A DNA stretch of 64,000 bases from Candidatus Heimdallarchaeum aukensis (GCA_021513695.1 CP084166.1:1056001-1120000), one strand, 5' to 3'; shown: positions 29,612 through 40,812, counted from the first letter of the stretch. Made by a program: numbers and translations. The notes: generated by a model from the letters alone, not told the origin.

Positions 29612-31372
29612 TTGAGAACTGAAGAAATAATTTCATATGCAATGGCTGATAAGAAGGCAAGTTTAATTTTGAGAGGAGGAAAAGTAGCTAATGTTTATAC
29701 AAGAGAACTAATTGATGCAGACGTTGTAATTGCAGATAATTATATTGTATATGTTGGAAAAAACACAGATGATTTTAAAGGTGAAGAAACACAAATTATT
29801 GAGTTAGAAAACAAGGTAATCTGCCCAGGATTAATAGAATCACATATTCACGTTGAATCATCCATGTTATCTTTAACTGAATTCTCCAAAGTTGTAGTTT
29901 CTAAAGGAACCACCACATGTGTAATTGATCCCCACGAAATCGCAAATGTTTGTGGAATTGAAGGTATAAACCTATTTATTGAAGAAAGTAAAGAATTACC
30001 TGTGAAATTTTTAATTGAAGCTCCTTCTTGTGTTCCTTCTTTATCTGGTTTTGAAACACCAGGAGCTGAATTAGATGTCAAAAAAATCATAAAGTTGCTT
30101 AAAAAAGATGAGATATTTGGTTTAGCAGAGATGATGAATTTTCCTGGAGTTTACCTCCGATTTCCTGATGTACTAGGAAAAATTGATGCTGCAAAAAAAT
30201 CTAAAAAGATAGTAGAAGGGCATGCTCCTCTCTTAACAAATAAAGAATTACAAGCATATATTGCTGCTGGAATTTCTTCTGACCATGAAGCTACAACAGC
30301 AGAAGAAGCTTTAGAAAAACTGCGTTTAGGAATGAAACTACAAATTAGAGAAGGTTCTTTTGCTAAAGATCTTGAAAACATATTCTCCGATTTGATAAAA
30401 TATGACATTGATTATAGGAACATTATTATTGCTTCTGATGATAGAAATCCAATTGATTTAGTTGAAAAAGGTCATTTAGATTACTCTTTTAGAAAACTTG
30501 TTAAACTAGGTGTTGACCCCATCAAAGCTTTACAGATGTTTACTATTAACACAGCAACTCACCTAAAATTGGATAACAAAATAGGTGGAATCTCTCCTGG
30601 TAAAATTGCAGATATTGTAGTGGTTAACGATTTGGAGAACTTTAACGTGGAAATGACTATTGTTGAAGGAAAGATTATTTATAGAGAGAATAAGGTTCAA
30701 CAAAATATTATTAGAAAAAAATATCCCAAATCTGTTTTAGAAACAATGAAATTTTTTGAAGTTCCTTCAGTCAATGACCTTATGATTGATGAGGAAGAGG
30801 AAGAGATAACTGTTAATGTAATCGGATTAAAGGAACATTCTCTAATTACTGAACATTTACAATTAAAATTAAAAGCAACAGATGGATACCTTCAACCAGA
30901 TTTAGAACAAGATATTCTCCCTGTTTTTGTTATAAATCGCCATACACCAGAGAAAAATATCGGAAAAGGTTTTATCCAAGGTTTAGGAATAAAAGAAGGT
31001 GCTTTAGCAAGTACAATAGCTCACGATTGTCATCAAGTAATTTGTACTGGAACTAGTTATGACCTAATTATACAAGCTTTACAAAAAATCAAAGAAATAG
31101 GTGGAGGACAAGTTGTTGTAACAAAAAACAGTGTAGCAACACTTCCTTTGAAAATTGCTGGATTAATGAGTACTGAAACTTCTTCAGAAGTTGTTAAAAA
31201 AATAAGAAACATTAATCAAGAGTTGAAGAAACTTCAACCAGCATTATCAGAACCCTTTATGGCTCTAGCTTTTGTAGCTTTACCTGTAATTCCACACTTG
31301 AAAATAACTGATAAAGGATTAGTAAATGTTGATGCTTTTAGTTTCATTGAATTAAAAGTTCTAGAAAAATAG
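29612..31372 (+). CDS. ade: Adenine deaminase
   Basis: Amidohydrolase metal site GLIESHIHVESSM, LAEMMNFPGV and the ~580 aa length typical of AdeC-type adenine deaminases. Confidence 0.8.
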   Translation: MRTEEIISYAMADKKASLILRGGKVANVYTRELIDADVVIADNYIVYVGKNTDDFKGEETQIIELENKVICPGLIESHIHVESSMLSLTEFSKVVVSKGTTTCVIDPHEIANVCGIEGINLFIEESKELPVKFLIEAPSCVPSLSGFETPGAELDVKKIIKLLKKDEIFGLAEMMNFPGVYLRFPDVLGKIDAAKKSKKIVEGHAPLLTNKELQAYIAAGISSDHEATTAEEALEKLRLGMKLQIREGSFAKDLENIFSDLIKYDIDYRNIIIASDDRNPIDLVEKGHLDYSFRKLVKLGVDPIKALQMFTINTATHLKLDNKIGGISPGKIADIVVVNDLENFNVEMTIVEGKIIYRENKVQQNIIRKKYPKSVLETMKFFEVPSVNDLMIDEEEEEITVNVIGLKEHSLITEHLQLKLKATDGYLQPDLEQDILPVFVINRHTPEKNIGKGFIQGLGIKEGALASTIAHDCHQVICTGTSYDLIIQALQKIKEIGGGQVVVTKNSVATLPLKIAGLMSTETSSEVVKKIRNINQELKKLQPALSEPFMALAFVALPVIPHLKITDKGLVNVDAFSFIELKVLEK

Positions 31373-31394
31373 TTACTTAAGAATACATTTGTAT

Positions 31395-31523
31395 TTTTAA
31401 TAGTACTTCCGCAATAAGTTGACTGATTTCTATAGGTTAAAATTATAGGAGTTCATACTATCATTGGCGTGTTCTCAATTCATACTTTTTGAGATAATTC
31501 GGAAGTACTATTTTAATTAAAAA
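31395..31523. repeat. 13-bp perfect inverted repeat (AATAGTACTTCCG / CGGAAGTACTATT) flanking an ~86-bp AT-rich segment; possible MITE-like or structured-RNA element
   Basis: Seen directly, in the intergenic region between ade and the ABC ATPase gene. Confidence 0.35.
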
Positions 31524-31560
31524 TATTTTTATAATGAATTTTCTTTTTTTCTTGATTTCT

Positions 31561-32289
31561 ATGACAGATGAAATTATTGTCAGAACTAAAGATTTGCGAA
31601 GAACTTTTGAGTTTGGAGAAACAGAAGTTATAGCTTTAGATAAAATAGATATGGAAATAAGAAGAGGAGAATTTGCAGTGGTTCTTGGTCCTTCTGGATC
31701 AGGAAAAACTACCTTACTTAATATGATAGGAGGAATTGACAAACCTACAAAAGGAAAAGTGGAAGTAGATGGAGAAGAAATAACAGCTTACGACAAAGAT
31801 AAACTAAATGAATATAGAAGAAATGATGTAGGCTGGATTTTTCAATTTTTCAACATTGTAGCAAGTCTTAGAGCTTGGGAAAATGTTGGTTTAGCTTTAG
31901 AATTTAAAGAGGGGTATAAAACCTCAGAGATAAAAAAACTCTCTTATGAAATTTTAGAACATGTTGGGCTAAAAGGAAAAGAAGAAAGATTTCCCAGCCA
32001 ATTATCAGGAGGAGAACAACAACGTGTCGCTATTGCTCGAGCATTAATCAAAAAACCGAAAATTATTGTTGCGGATGAACCCACAGGAAACTTGGATTTT
32101 GTGACTGGCCAAAAAATAGCTGAATTAATGCGTAATTTGAATAAAGAAGAGAAAATAACCTTCATTGTTGTAAGTCATGATCTCAACATTACTCAATATG
32201 CTGATAGAGTTTTTCATCTCCGCATGGGTAAAATAGAGAAGATAGAAGAACATCCAGGAACAGTAGTATCTAATAAAGTGGAGGGATAG
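31561..32289 (+). CDS. ABC transporter ATP-binding protein (MacB/LolD-type)
   Basis: Walker [10 protein letters not shown], signature [15 protein letters not shown], Walker [13 protein letters not shown]. Start set at MTDEII. Confidence 0.9.
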   Translation: MTDEIIVRTKDLRRTFEFGETEVIALDKIDMEIRRGEFAVVLGPSGSGKTTLLNMIGGIDKPTKGKVEVDGEEITAYDKDKLNEYRRNDVGWIFQFFNIVASLRAWENVGLALEFKEGYKTSEIKKLSYEILEHVGLKGKEERFPSQLSGGEQQRVAIARALIKKPKIIVADEPTGNLDFVTGQKIAELMRNLNKEEKITFIVVSHDLNITQYADRVFHLRMGKIEKIEEHPGTVVSNKVEG

Positions 32290-32292
32290 TCA

Positions 32293-34776
32293 ATGAAAAT
32301 CATGACTAAGAAGACACTAAGAGAGATAAAGAACAATAAATTCCGTAGTTTAAGCATCGTACTTATAGTTGCAATAACTTTAGCAATGCTAGTTGGTTTA
32401 CGTGCAGCAGAACCAGGTCTTTTTGCTACCTATAATTTAAATATGAGAGAACAACATGTCGCAGATGGAACATTTTCATTTACTCAAATGATTGATGAAT
32501 CAAATGTTACAGCAATTTCGAACAATCAAACTTTCCTTCAACAGTCAGACATCTCGGAGATTGAAGGAAGAATATTTTACAGTACTGAATTAATATTCAA
32601 TGATGAACCTTTCAAAGCATATGTTATAGGAATAGATTTTCCAAATAAACTAAATGTACTAAATATAGAGGAAAAAGCCGATGATATAACTGATGATAAC
32701 ACAATTTTAGATAAAAATAACAGCTGCTTAGTTGAAACAAGATTTGCTGGCCATAAAATCAAATTTCTGGGCCAAAATGTTCCTTTGAACGCTAATCTAA
32801 CTGTTAATTTTATGGGGAATGATGTAAATTTAACAGTAAAAGGGATTGCACAAGATAGTTATTACACATATCTTGTTGATGAAATATCTAAAATCCCTCT
32901 TCTTGGAAATCTGGCAGTAATATGGGTAAATATTGACACTGTTAGAAATTTGTTAAATGTAAGTGATACAGCAATTAACCAAGTTTTGTTCACAGTAAAA
33001 GACAGATTCAATAAAAATATGATATATAAAGCAGTAGGACATTTAACTAATTACTTTTCAGCAAACAACGTTGAAACAAGTACAATTAAATTTACTATTT
33101 ATGATGAAACTGATGAATATAATATGTTTTTAGGTGATGCAGGGGCAGCTGATAAGGCAGGAACATTTTTTGCAACTTTAGGTTTAATCATATGTGTAGT
33201 AATCATTTCTAATACCGTCTCTAAACTTATATATTCACAAAGAAAAAACATAGGATTATTCCTAGCAATGGGGTCAAAGAAGAGAGAGATAGTTTTTCAC
33301 TATTTAGGAATCGTTATGTTTCTATCAATTATAGGTATTCTTCTAGGAATTCCCCTCGCCTTGTATCTTATAATATCAATGGTTAAAGCTACGACAAAGG
33401 TCTATGGTTTTCATTTAGTAGCTAGAACTATCCCACTTGATGAGTTTATTATTGGTACTACCGTAACTTTTGTTATATGCGCTTTGAGTTCTGTTCTAAG
33501 TTCTTTACCCATTACTAAAACGACACCTAGAGAAGCAATGAGCGTAGCTTTCTCAAGAATCACAATTACTGAAAAGACTTTAATTGAAAAATCTTTAAGT
33601 TGGATTCCTGTTCTGAATTCAATTTTTCTACGTATCCCTCTTCGAGAAGTATTTCTAAAAAAGAGAAAATCTATGATTACTATTCTAGCTCTTACAACTT
33701 CTATGATCTTTCTTATAATCTCTGCTTCTATGACTTATAATACTATTAGTTCAATGGAGAAAAATTTCGATGTTTACAACAATTTCGATGTAAAAGTTAC
33801 TTTAAGCGTACCTGTCCCTACGCAAAAAATATCTACATTCTTTAAACAAAATAGTGATAAACTAGAAAATATAACATATCACGAAATATTCTTGAGCTTT
33901 TACACAAAAATAATAAGAAACGATGAACTACTAACATGGTCTCAATTTGAATGCTATCAAACAAACTCAACTTTACGTAATTACCATGTAGTTAAGGGAG
34001 ATGTTACTGAAAAAGAGGATTTAGGTAACAGTACTATTTTTTTGGGTAAATCGCTAGCTGGAAAATACGACATTAAGATTGGAGACAAGATTAACATTGG
34101 AATCTTAGGAAATTATACAGTAGAGGTAGTAGGATTAGTAGGTGAACTAGTAGATTACTCTGTATTGTGGACAATCGAATCATTTCAAGAAAGTGGAGCA
34201 AATGCGTATTTTGGCATTCCTAACAATTATGTTAATGGAATAACATTTAATGTTAAACCAGGCACAGATCTAAAGATACTAAGAAAGATTTTCGAAGAAA
34301 ATTTCTATATTGACACTTGGACTGATCAGCAAACAGCAAAAAATTCAAGTTTAGCCTTGCTCGAATCATCTTTAGGAATATTAATGGTTTTCTTAGGAAT
34401 TGGACTAGCTATTGGCATAATATTCTCTTTTCAAACTATGTATATGTCATTTATTGACAGGCACCTTGATTTCATCGCATTTAAGGCAATGGGAACAAAA
34501 CTAAAACTTATACGGAGGATAATCTTTATCGAAAATGGTATTTTGAGCCTATTTTCCTTAGTGTTATCTGTACCTATTGGATACATTACATATCGTTGGA
34601 GTATTGATTATATGATGGGAGATACATTCTATGTTCCTTACACCATTCCATTATTTATTTGGCCAATCATTCTCTTCCTTTCACTTTCGTCAATCTATTT
34701 AGCAACATTAAGACTGATGAGAAAAATCAAGAAGATGAAACTTGCTGATGAACTGAGACAAACAGGAGTATCTTAA
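32293..34776 (+). CDS. ABC transporter permease with duplicated FtsX domains (MacB-type)
   Basis: 827 aa with two 4-TM FtsX-like modules separated by large extracytoplasmic domains. Adjacent to the ATPase. Confidence 0.8.
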   Translation: MKIMTKKTLREIKNNKFRSLSIVLIVAITLAMLVGLRAAEPGLFATYNLNMREQHVADGTFSFTQMIDESNVTAISNNQTFLQQSDISEIEGRIFYSTELIFNDEPFKAYVIGIDFPNKLNVLNIEEKADDITDDNTILDKNNSCLVETRFAGHKIKFLGQNVPLNANLTVNFMGNDVNLTVKGIAQDSYYTYLVDEISKIPLLGNLAVIWVNIDTVRNLLNVSDTAINQVLFTVKDRFNKNMIYKAVGHLTNYFSANNVETSTIKFTIYDETDEYNMFLGDAGAADKAGTFFATLGLIICVVIISNTVSKLIYSQRKNIGLFLAMGSKKREIVFHYLGIVMFLSIIGILLGIPLALYLIISMVKATTKVYGFHLVARTIPLDEFIIGTTVTFVICALSSVLSSLPITKTTPREAMSVAFSRITITEKTLIEKSLSWIPVLNSIFLRIPLREVFLKKRKSMITILALTTSMIFLIISASMTYNTISSMEKNFDVYNNFDVKVTLSVPVPTQKISTFFKQNSDKLENITYHEIFLSFYTKIIRNDELLTWSQFECYQTNSTLRNYHVVKGDVTEKEDLGNSTIFLGKSLAGKYDIKIGDKINIGILGNYTVEVVGLVGELVDYSVLWTIESFQESGANAYFGIPNNYVNGITFNVKPGTDLKILRKIFEENFYIDTWTDQQTAKNSSLALLESSLGILMVFLGIGLAIGIIFSFQTMYMSFIDRHLDFIAFKAMGTKLKLIRRIIFIENGILSLFSLVLSVPIGYITYRWSIDYMMGDTFYVPYTIPLFIWPIILFLSLSSIYLATLRLMRKIKKMKLADELRQTGVS

Positions 34777-34825
34777 TTTCTTTTTCTTTCAAAAATTTTT
34801 TATTCCCTTTACCTTTTTTAAAATT

Positions 34826-35545
34826 ATGACTGAACTTTTATTTCGAGATGATTCATATTTAACTGAATTTAAAGCAAAGATACTTGCCATTGAAGAAAAT
34901 GCAGTGATTTTAGATAAAACAGCTTTTTCTTTTCAAGGAGGAGGACTTAAATCTGATACTGGTGTTATCACAACTTCAGAGGGAGTAGAGTTTGAAGTTA
35001 CAAAAGTTTTATCTCAGAAGGGAAAAATTTTACATTTTCTTAATCCAGCCCCTTCAGAGGATTTAGTGGGAAAGGAAATAACTGGTAAAATTGATTGGGA
35101 GAGAAGATTTAGACAGATGAGGATGCATACATGCCTTCATGCCATCTCTGGTATACTTTACAAAAAATATGGAGTTCATGTCACAGGGGGAGATATTAAA
35201 CCAGAAAAAAGCAGAGTAGATTTTGAAATAGATCATCTTAGAGAAGAACGAGTAAAAGAGATTAAGGAAGCAATAGATAAGATAATAGAAGAAGACCATC
35301 CAATAACTGTATCATATATGAAAAGAGAAGAAGCTATCAAAAATCCTGATCTCATTCGTACAAAAGTTAACCTTATTCCCGAATCTGTAAAAATCCTCCG
35401 AATTGTTGAAATAGAAGGGGTAGACATTCAAGCTGATGGGGGAGTTCATGTTAAAAGCACGAAAGAGATAGGAGAATTTATTCCTCTTAAAGCTGAAAAC
35501 AGAGGTAAAAACCATAAAAGGTTATACTTTACTGTAAAGCCCTAA
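34826..35545 (+). CDS. alaX: Alanyl-tRNA editing protein AlaX (AlaRS editing-domain homologue)
   Basis: Zinc-binding HxxxH (MHTCLHAI) and GGxH (DGGVHV) motifs of the AlaX/ThrRS second additional domain. 239 aa. Confidence 0.8.
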   Translation: MTELLFRDDSYLTEFKAKILAIEENAVILDKTAFSFQGGGLKSDTGVITTSEGVEFEVTKVLSQKGKILHFLNPAPSEDLVGKEITGKIDWERRFRQMRMHTCLHAISGILYKKYGVHVTGGDIKPEKSRVDFEIDHLREERVKEIKEAIDKIIEEDHPITVSYMKREEAIKNPDLIRTKVNLIPESVKILRIVEIEGVDIQADGGVHVKSTKEIGEFIPLKAENRGKNHKRLYFTVKP

Positions 35546-35875
35546 ATTACTTTACTTCACTTTTTAAAAAAATTTAGAAGCACAACAATTACTCTGATAT
35601 AACTTGCCTTAATAAATGAATAACTTAATTTTTTTTCCTGATTGGTTCAACTATCTTAAATCCTTAAATATTCGTTAAGAATTTTTCAAGAATTTCATTC
35701 TAAAGTACTTTTTTGAAATCCTTTTTTCAAGATTCAATACACTCAAACAATTTTTTATTAAAAATGCTATATTAAATAACTACATTATAATATAGTTCTA
35801 AAAATTCTAATCCAAACTTAACCAAAACCTTAAAAATGTTTGAAAAAAACCCAACAACAAGAATAAATAGATATT

Positions 35876-36802
35876 GTGATGTACATGAACAAGTCGAAAA
35901 TTTTCGGAACACTCTTAATATTAACAATGGTAGGTTTGAGTTTAACATCCTCTTCATTAAGTAGTCTAGCTTATGATCAACTTGAAGAAGCTAATTCATT
36001 AAGAGCTACAACAGTCATAAAACCTCACGACATCATCAGCCAAGATTATCTCAACGCTTTTTCTTACTCCAGCCAAATTAGGGTTGGAAAACTCATTAAG
36101 TTTAAAGTTACAGAGCTTGAACGAACAGAGAATATTCATGTTCAAGAAGGAGATAAAAAGATAAAGAAAGGAGACAACATTATTATTAGAATCGAAGCTG
36201 ATCCAGATTTGAACCTAAACCACCCAGACCAATGGGCTCTAATTTATGTTAATGACGTTAAAGCTCTTTACACTAGAGAATCCTATCAAATTGCTCGTTT
36301 CTTCCATTACATATTACCAAAAACAGTAAATATCTCGATGGTTGATTTTGCTCAAGATTTAGATGGTTCTATGTTTGGAGATTATCCAATTGGAACAGAA
36401 GTAATCAGTTTCTTTGATTTTGTAAAATATTTCAAAGAAACAGGTGACCCAGACTTCCAAACATGGGAATTCGAAGGAAACACAGCTATTTATGAATATG
36501 ACCAAGTTATAGAAACAGGAAACACCTCACATACAAAATTGATCTACGATATGGATACAAGTTTCTTAAATGAATACTATTACTCTGAAGTTCATACTGT
36601 CAATGGTGAGGTAGTTGCTAGTGCTAACATGACATTAATTAGAACACACGGTTGGGGACTTCCATATAATGTCAGTACTTTAGTTGTGTGGATACCCATT
36701 ATGGTTTTCACATTAGGTATCATCATTGCTATCAGACTAAGAGTTGCACAAAGAATAAAAATCTACTTTGAAGCTAAAAAACTAGCAAAAAGAGAAGAAT
36801 AA
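35876..36802 (+). CDS. Secreted protein with C-terminal TM anchor (hypothetical)
   Basis: N-terminal signal-like hydrophobic segment, C-terminal TM helix plus basic tail (RLRVAQRIK). Confidence 0.45.
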   Translation: MMYMNKSKIFGTLLILTMVGLSLTSSSLSSLAYDQLEEANSLRATTVIKPHDIISQDYLNAFSYSSQIRVGKLIKFKVTELERTENIHVQEGDKKIKKGDNIIIRIEADPDLNLNHPDQWALIYVNDVKALYTRESYQIARFFHYILPKTVNISMVDFAQDLDGSMFGDYPIGTEVISFFDFVKYFKETGDPDFQTWEFEGNTAIYEYDQVIETGNTSHTKLIYDMDTSFLNEYYYSEVHTVNGEVVASANMTLIRTHGWGLPYNVSTLVVWIPIMVFTLGIIIAIRLRVAQRIKIYFEAKKLAKREE

Positions 36803-36926
36803 ACTTTTTATCTTTCTTTTTTATTTCCAGATTATTTTTTTGATTTTTAAGTTAATTTAGAACAAAAATAATTTTTAAATATGCCTTTCTACATCGTATT
36901 ATTTCCCTAAAAAAAGAGGTGAACAA

Positions 36927-38465
36927 ATGCCAAACATGAAAGCTAAACAAATAGATGTTAACGTTGATAATAACATTGTAATAATAAACGAAAAGACTTT
37001 AGATAAAGAGAAAATTAAACACTCTTCATATGTGAAAGTGAGGAATAAAGACAAAGAAGTTTTATGTCAAGTTGTAGCTACATCTTCATTAGTACCTGAA
37101 GGTTATGCAGGTTTAACTAATAGTATTATTGAAACATTAAAAGTAAAAGAAGAAGATGTTGTAAATATTTTTTCTAGAAAAATTCCTCAGTCGATAGAAT
37201 ATGTAAAGAAAAAAAGAATGGGAACAGTCTGGACAGAGAACCAAATTAGGCAGATTGTAAATGACATATGTGCAGGTCAATATACAGATTTAGAAATAGG
37301 AATGTTTACTCTTTCACAATATTTTATTGGATTAACAATGGATGAAATAGCCTCCTTAACAAAAAATATGGCTGAATATGGTACCACATTACAATTTGGT
37401 GAACCAGTATATGATAAACATAGTATAGGAGGGGTTCCAGGAAACAAAGTTAGCTTACTAATTGTTCCTACTGTAGCTGCCGCTGGTCTTCTGATTCCTA
37501 AAACGAGTTCACGAGCTATTACAAGCCCATCTGGAACAGCTGATACTATGGAAGTTTTAGCTGAAGTTAACTTTTCAGCAGATGAGATATTAGAAATTGC
37601 ACCGAAAGTAAGAGGAATGCTTGTTTGGGGTGGTACTTTAGATCTTTCTCCATTGGATGAAATTGTTATACACAGAGTAGAACGACCATTAAGTATAGAT
37701 CCTCACAGTCAAATGCTTGCGAGTATATTTAGTAAAAAAATCTCCACAGGAGTTGACTACTTAGTCTTAGACATGCCTACTGGAGCTGGAACTAAAATGC
37801 CTACAAAAGAAGATGCAATAAACTACGCCCATGAAGCTACAGAACTAGGTAGAAGATTAGGTATCAGAGTCGAAGCAGCATTGAGTTATGGTGATCAACC
37901 TGTAGGAAGAGCTATTGGACCAGCCTTAGAAGCTAAGGAAGCTTTGCTAACATTAGAAGGAAAAGGTTCTAAGAGTGTTCTTGAGAAAAGTATAGAATTA
38001 GCAGGTATATTATTTGAGATGGCAGGTTTAGCTCCTCCAACAAAAGGATCAGAATTAGCTTTTAAATATATCAAGAGCGGTAAAGCTAAAGAAAAGATGG
38101 AAGAAATTATAGGAGTTCAAGGAGGAGATCCGGCTATAAAACCTGAAGACATCCCTGTAGGAAGTAAAACACAAACTATTGAATCTCCCCATGATGGATA
38201 TATAGTCAAGTTATCTAATTCAGCTATAAAGAAAATAGCTTTTACAGCTGGAGCTCCTAGACACAAAGAAGCGGGTGTTTATTTGCATAAAAAAATAGGC
38301 GAATTTGTAAGGAAGGGAGAACCCTTATATACAATTTATGCAAATAGTGAAGGAAGGCTCACAGATGCAGCGAATGTAGGAGCTAATCTTCGTCCATATT
38401 CAATTGAAGGGATGATAATCCAAAGGATTTCTTCTGGACCTAGAAATCAAGATATAAAAGAGTGA
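36927..38465 (+). CDS. AMP phosphorylase / thymidine-phosphorylase family protein (archaeal long form)
   Basis: 512 aa with an N-terminal extension followed by the pyrimidine-nucleoside-phosphorylase glycosyltransferase core (GGVPGNKVSLLIVP, TSSRAITSPSGTADTME). Confidence 0.85.
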   Translation: MPNMKAKQIDVNVDNNIVIINEKTLDKEKIKHSSYVKVRNKDKEVLCQVVATSSLVPEGYAGLTNSIIETLKVKEEDVVNIFSRKIPQSIEYVKKKRMGTVWTENQIRQIVNDICAGQYTDLEIGMFTLSQYFIGLTMDEIASLTKNMAEYGTTLQFGEPVYDKHSIGGVPGNKVSLLIVPTVAAAGLLIPKTSSRAITSPSGTADTMEVLAEVNFSADEILEIAPKVRGMLVWGGTLDLSPLDEIVIHRVERPLSIDPHSQMLASIFSKKISTGVDYLVLDMPTGAGTKMPTKEDAINYAHEATELGRRLGIRVEAALSYGDQPVGRAIGPALEAKEALLTLEGKGSKSVLEKSIELAGILFEMAGLAPPTKGSELAFKYIKSGKAKEKMEEIIGVQGGDPAIKPEDIPVGSKTQTIESPHDGYIVKLSNSAIKKIAFTAGAPRHKEAGVYLHKKIGEFVRKGEPLYTIYANSEGRLTDAANVGANLRPYSIEGMIIQRISSGPRNQDIKE

Positions 38466-38466
38466 A

Positions 38467-38961
38467 CTATTTTTTAATTTCTTTCTTTTCTTTTTTTTCA
38501 AACATCATCCTATGCATGTAAAGTGATTGATCTATAAATTTCAGTTCAAAACCCAATTTTTCCCAAAAACCTGCAACAAAAGGAGTGCATGATAAAATGA
38601 CAGTATCACTCTCGATTACTTTTTCTATAAGGAGTTCAACACATTTTTTTCCATAACCTAACCCTCTCTTATCTTCTCTAACTTCAAAAACATAAATAAT
38701 TGGCGAACCATATGTGTAAAAACTCCCATTATTTAAATCACTATCTGGAATAACCGCTGAAACTGCAATCATCTCTTCATTTAAGAAAAAGCCATAAATT
38801 TGAATAGAATCATTAATAGAAAGTTTATAAGAAGTGAAAAAAGGAAAGATCATATCTGAAACATCATCTACTTTTATAAGTACAACGTTAATCTCTTCTC
38901 TTTTAGTAATAATATCCACTTTCTTAACCTCAAATATATAATCTTTCCTCTGTAATTTCAT
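38467..38961 (-). CDS. GNAT-family N-acetyltransferase
   Basis: Motif-A-like RGLGYGKKCVELL, 164 aa. Confidence 0.55.
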   Translation of the reverse strand: MKLQRKDYIFEVKKVDIITKREEINVVLIKVDDVSDMIFPFFTSYKLSINDSIQIYGFFLNEEMIAVSAVIPDSDLNNGSFYTYGSPIIYVFEVREDKRGLGYGKKCVELLIEKVIESDTVILSCTPFVAGFWEKLGFELKFIDQSLYMHRMMFEKKEKKEIKK

Positions 38962-39034
38962 CGTTTACGGCTCCACTTTTTAGTGTAGCTAAAGAGGAAA
39001 AGGTTTTTTACTTAAGAAATTTATTTTTATAAGA

Positions 39035-40228
39035 ATGTCTCCATTTAACTTCGTAGAAGAAGCAATGATTGGAAGATCAGTGTTTAGAAACGAGTCTTCC
39101 TTGTTCCCAGAATATGTTCCTCAAGAGCTTCCCTGTAGAGAAGAAGAAATAAAGCGTTTAGCACAAAATTTCAGAATTTTAATTGAAGATGAAGGTTCTT
39201 TTTCAGTAAATGTTGCAATAGTAGGACAAGCTGGAGTAGGAAAAACAGCATTATGTAAATATACAATGGAAAGAGTAGAAGAGATAGCAAATCAAAGAAA
39301 TAGAGCAGTAAAATTTGTTTATTATAATTGTCACTCATTTAGAAGTAAAACAGCAATATTAAGAAACATCTTGACTGAGCACTTTGGAATTAGGTCCAGA
39401 GGTTTTAGTGACGAAGAAATTTTAGAGATGCTTGTCAAGAGATTATCTAAAGAAGGAATCAGGCTAATTATTGCACTAGATGAGGCAAATATGCTCGATT
39501 CACAAGATATTCTGAGTATATTTCATGCAGGAGAGTATTTCGGTTCAAAACATAGTATGATATCAACGATAATCATTTCTCGTCCTGTAGAATGGTCTTC
39601 ACTCCTCAATGTCCCTCTTTCAGGTCATATTCATGATCAAATGGACATTCAAGGTTATACACGTGAAGAAATTTTGGAAATTCTGAAATACAGAGCAGAG
39701 ATTGCTTTATATGAAACTGCTTATTCAGAAGAAACTTTGCAATTAATTGCAGACATTTCTTCAAGTTCTAGAAATGCACGTCATGGCTTAGAGATTTTGT
39801 ATCGTGCAGGTAAAATAGCAGATAGAAAAAGAGAAAAGTTCATCAAACCAGATTATATACGTGCAGCAAAAGCAGATGTTTATCCTGAATTAAGAAGAGA
39901 TGTTTTCAAAGAGCTAAAAGAACAAGAATTAGTTGCAGCTTTAGGCGTTGGAAGAAGCCTAAGAGTAGAAGGAGTTACAGCAACAACAATTGATGAAGCG
40001 TACGAATATTATATTGTGGCATGCGAAGAATTTAACATCGAAGCTAAAAGCAAGTCAACTTTTAGAAGTTCCATTGAAATATTAAATAAAGTAGGCATCT
40101 TAAGTAAATCAGTTGGGCCTATAGAAACAGGAAAAAGAGGAAGAAGAGCAAAAATCACAACCTATGATATTCCGGTTTCAGTTCTGATTGAAAGAATAGA
40201 AAATATTCTTAAACAGAAAACAATGTAA
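39035..40228 (+). CDS. orc1: Orc1/Cdc6 replication initiation protein
   Basis: AAA+ Walker A VGQAGVGKTALCKY, Walker B LIIALDEANML and a C-terminal winged-helix domain. 397 aa. Confidence 0.85.
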   Translation: MSPFNFVEEAMIGRSVFRNESSLFPEYVPQELPCREEEIKRLAQNFRILIEDEGSFSVNVAIVGQAGVGKTALCKYTMERVEEIANQRNRAVKFVYYNCHSFRSKTAILRNILTEHFGIRSRGFSDEEILEMLVKRLSKEGIRLIIALDEANMLDSQDILSIFHAGEYFGSKHSMISTIIISRPVEWSSLLNVPLSGHIHDQMDIQGYTREEILEILKYRAEIALYETAYSEETLQLIADISSSSRNARHGLEILYRAGKIADRKREKFIKPDYIRAAKADVYPELRRDVFKELKEQELVAALGVGRSLRVEGVTATTIDEAYEYYIVACEEFNIEAKSKSTFRSSIEILNKVGILSKSVGPIETGKRGRRAKITTYDIPVSVLIERIENILKQKTM

Positions 40229-40266
40229 AAAAGATCGATGTAAGAAAAAATTTATACCAAATAAAT

Positions 40267-40500
40267 CTATTCAACACAGATCATAGTCATTGAATCTTTA
40301 ACTCCCTCTACAATAACTTTGTTATTTAATACTTGATTCTTCAGTTCATCCATGCTATCAAAGGTAACTTTTACAATTAGGTCATAAATTCCATATACAG
40401 CATGAATTTCGTTTACACCTTTTAACATTGACAATTTTTCACGTACTTCTTCTAATTTTCCTGGTTGAACATTTAATAGTATATATGCTGATTGAGTCAT
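40267..40500 (-). CDS. Stand-alone RAM (Lrp/AsnC C-terminal ligand-binding) domain protein
   Basis: 77-aa beta-alpha-beta-beta-alpha-beta pattern YILLNVQPGKLEEVREKLSMLKGVNEIHAVYGIYDLIVKV. Start taken at the internal Met. Confidence 0.6.
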   Translation of the reverse strand: MTQSAYILLNVQPGKLEEVREKLSMLKGVNEIHAVYGIYDLIVKVTFDSMDELKNQVLNNKVIVEGVKDSMTMICVE

Positions 40501-40812
40501 AATATCACATCTCAAACTTATAAATCAACAAAAAAAAATGAATATAAAAGTTTAAACATCTAGACATGACTTTTTTCTTTTTCTTTTTAACGACATAAAC
40601 TAAATAATTACTAACCATCACCCATTTTACACTGAAAAACAAGGTGTGGAGCATTTAATAGACAAAAAAGATTACCATAGTGCTGTTTAGTAGTTATTCT
40701 TATTAAAAAATAAATTGGATAACAATATTATTCAGATTATATCTTGTTCGTTGAATACAAAATATTTTTATTATTACTTCTATCTAACTCCAAAAAAAGA
40801 AAAAGAAGTTTT

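Noticed and set aside
31461-31742. Minus-strand 93-aa ORF spanning the inverted-repeat intergenic region and the ABC ATPase start
   Set aside because: Overlaps the strongly supported ABC ATPase N-terminus (Walker A) on the other strand.
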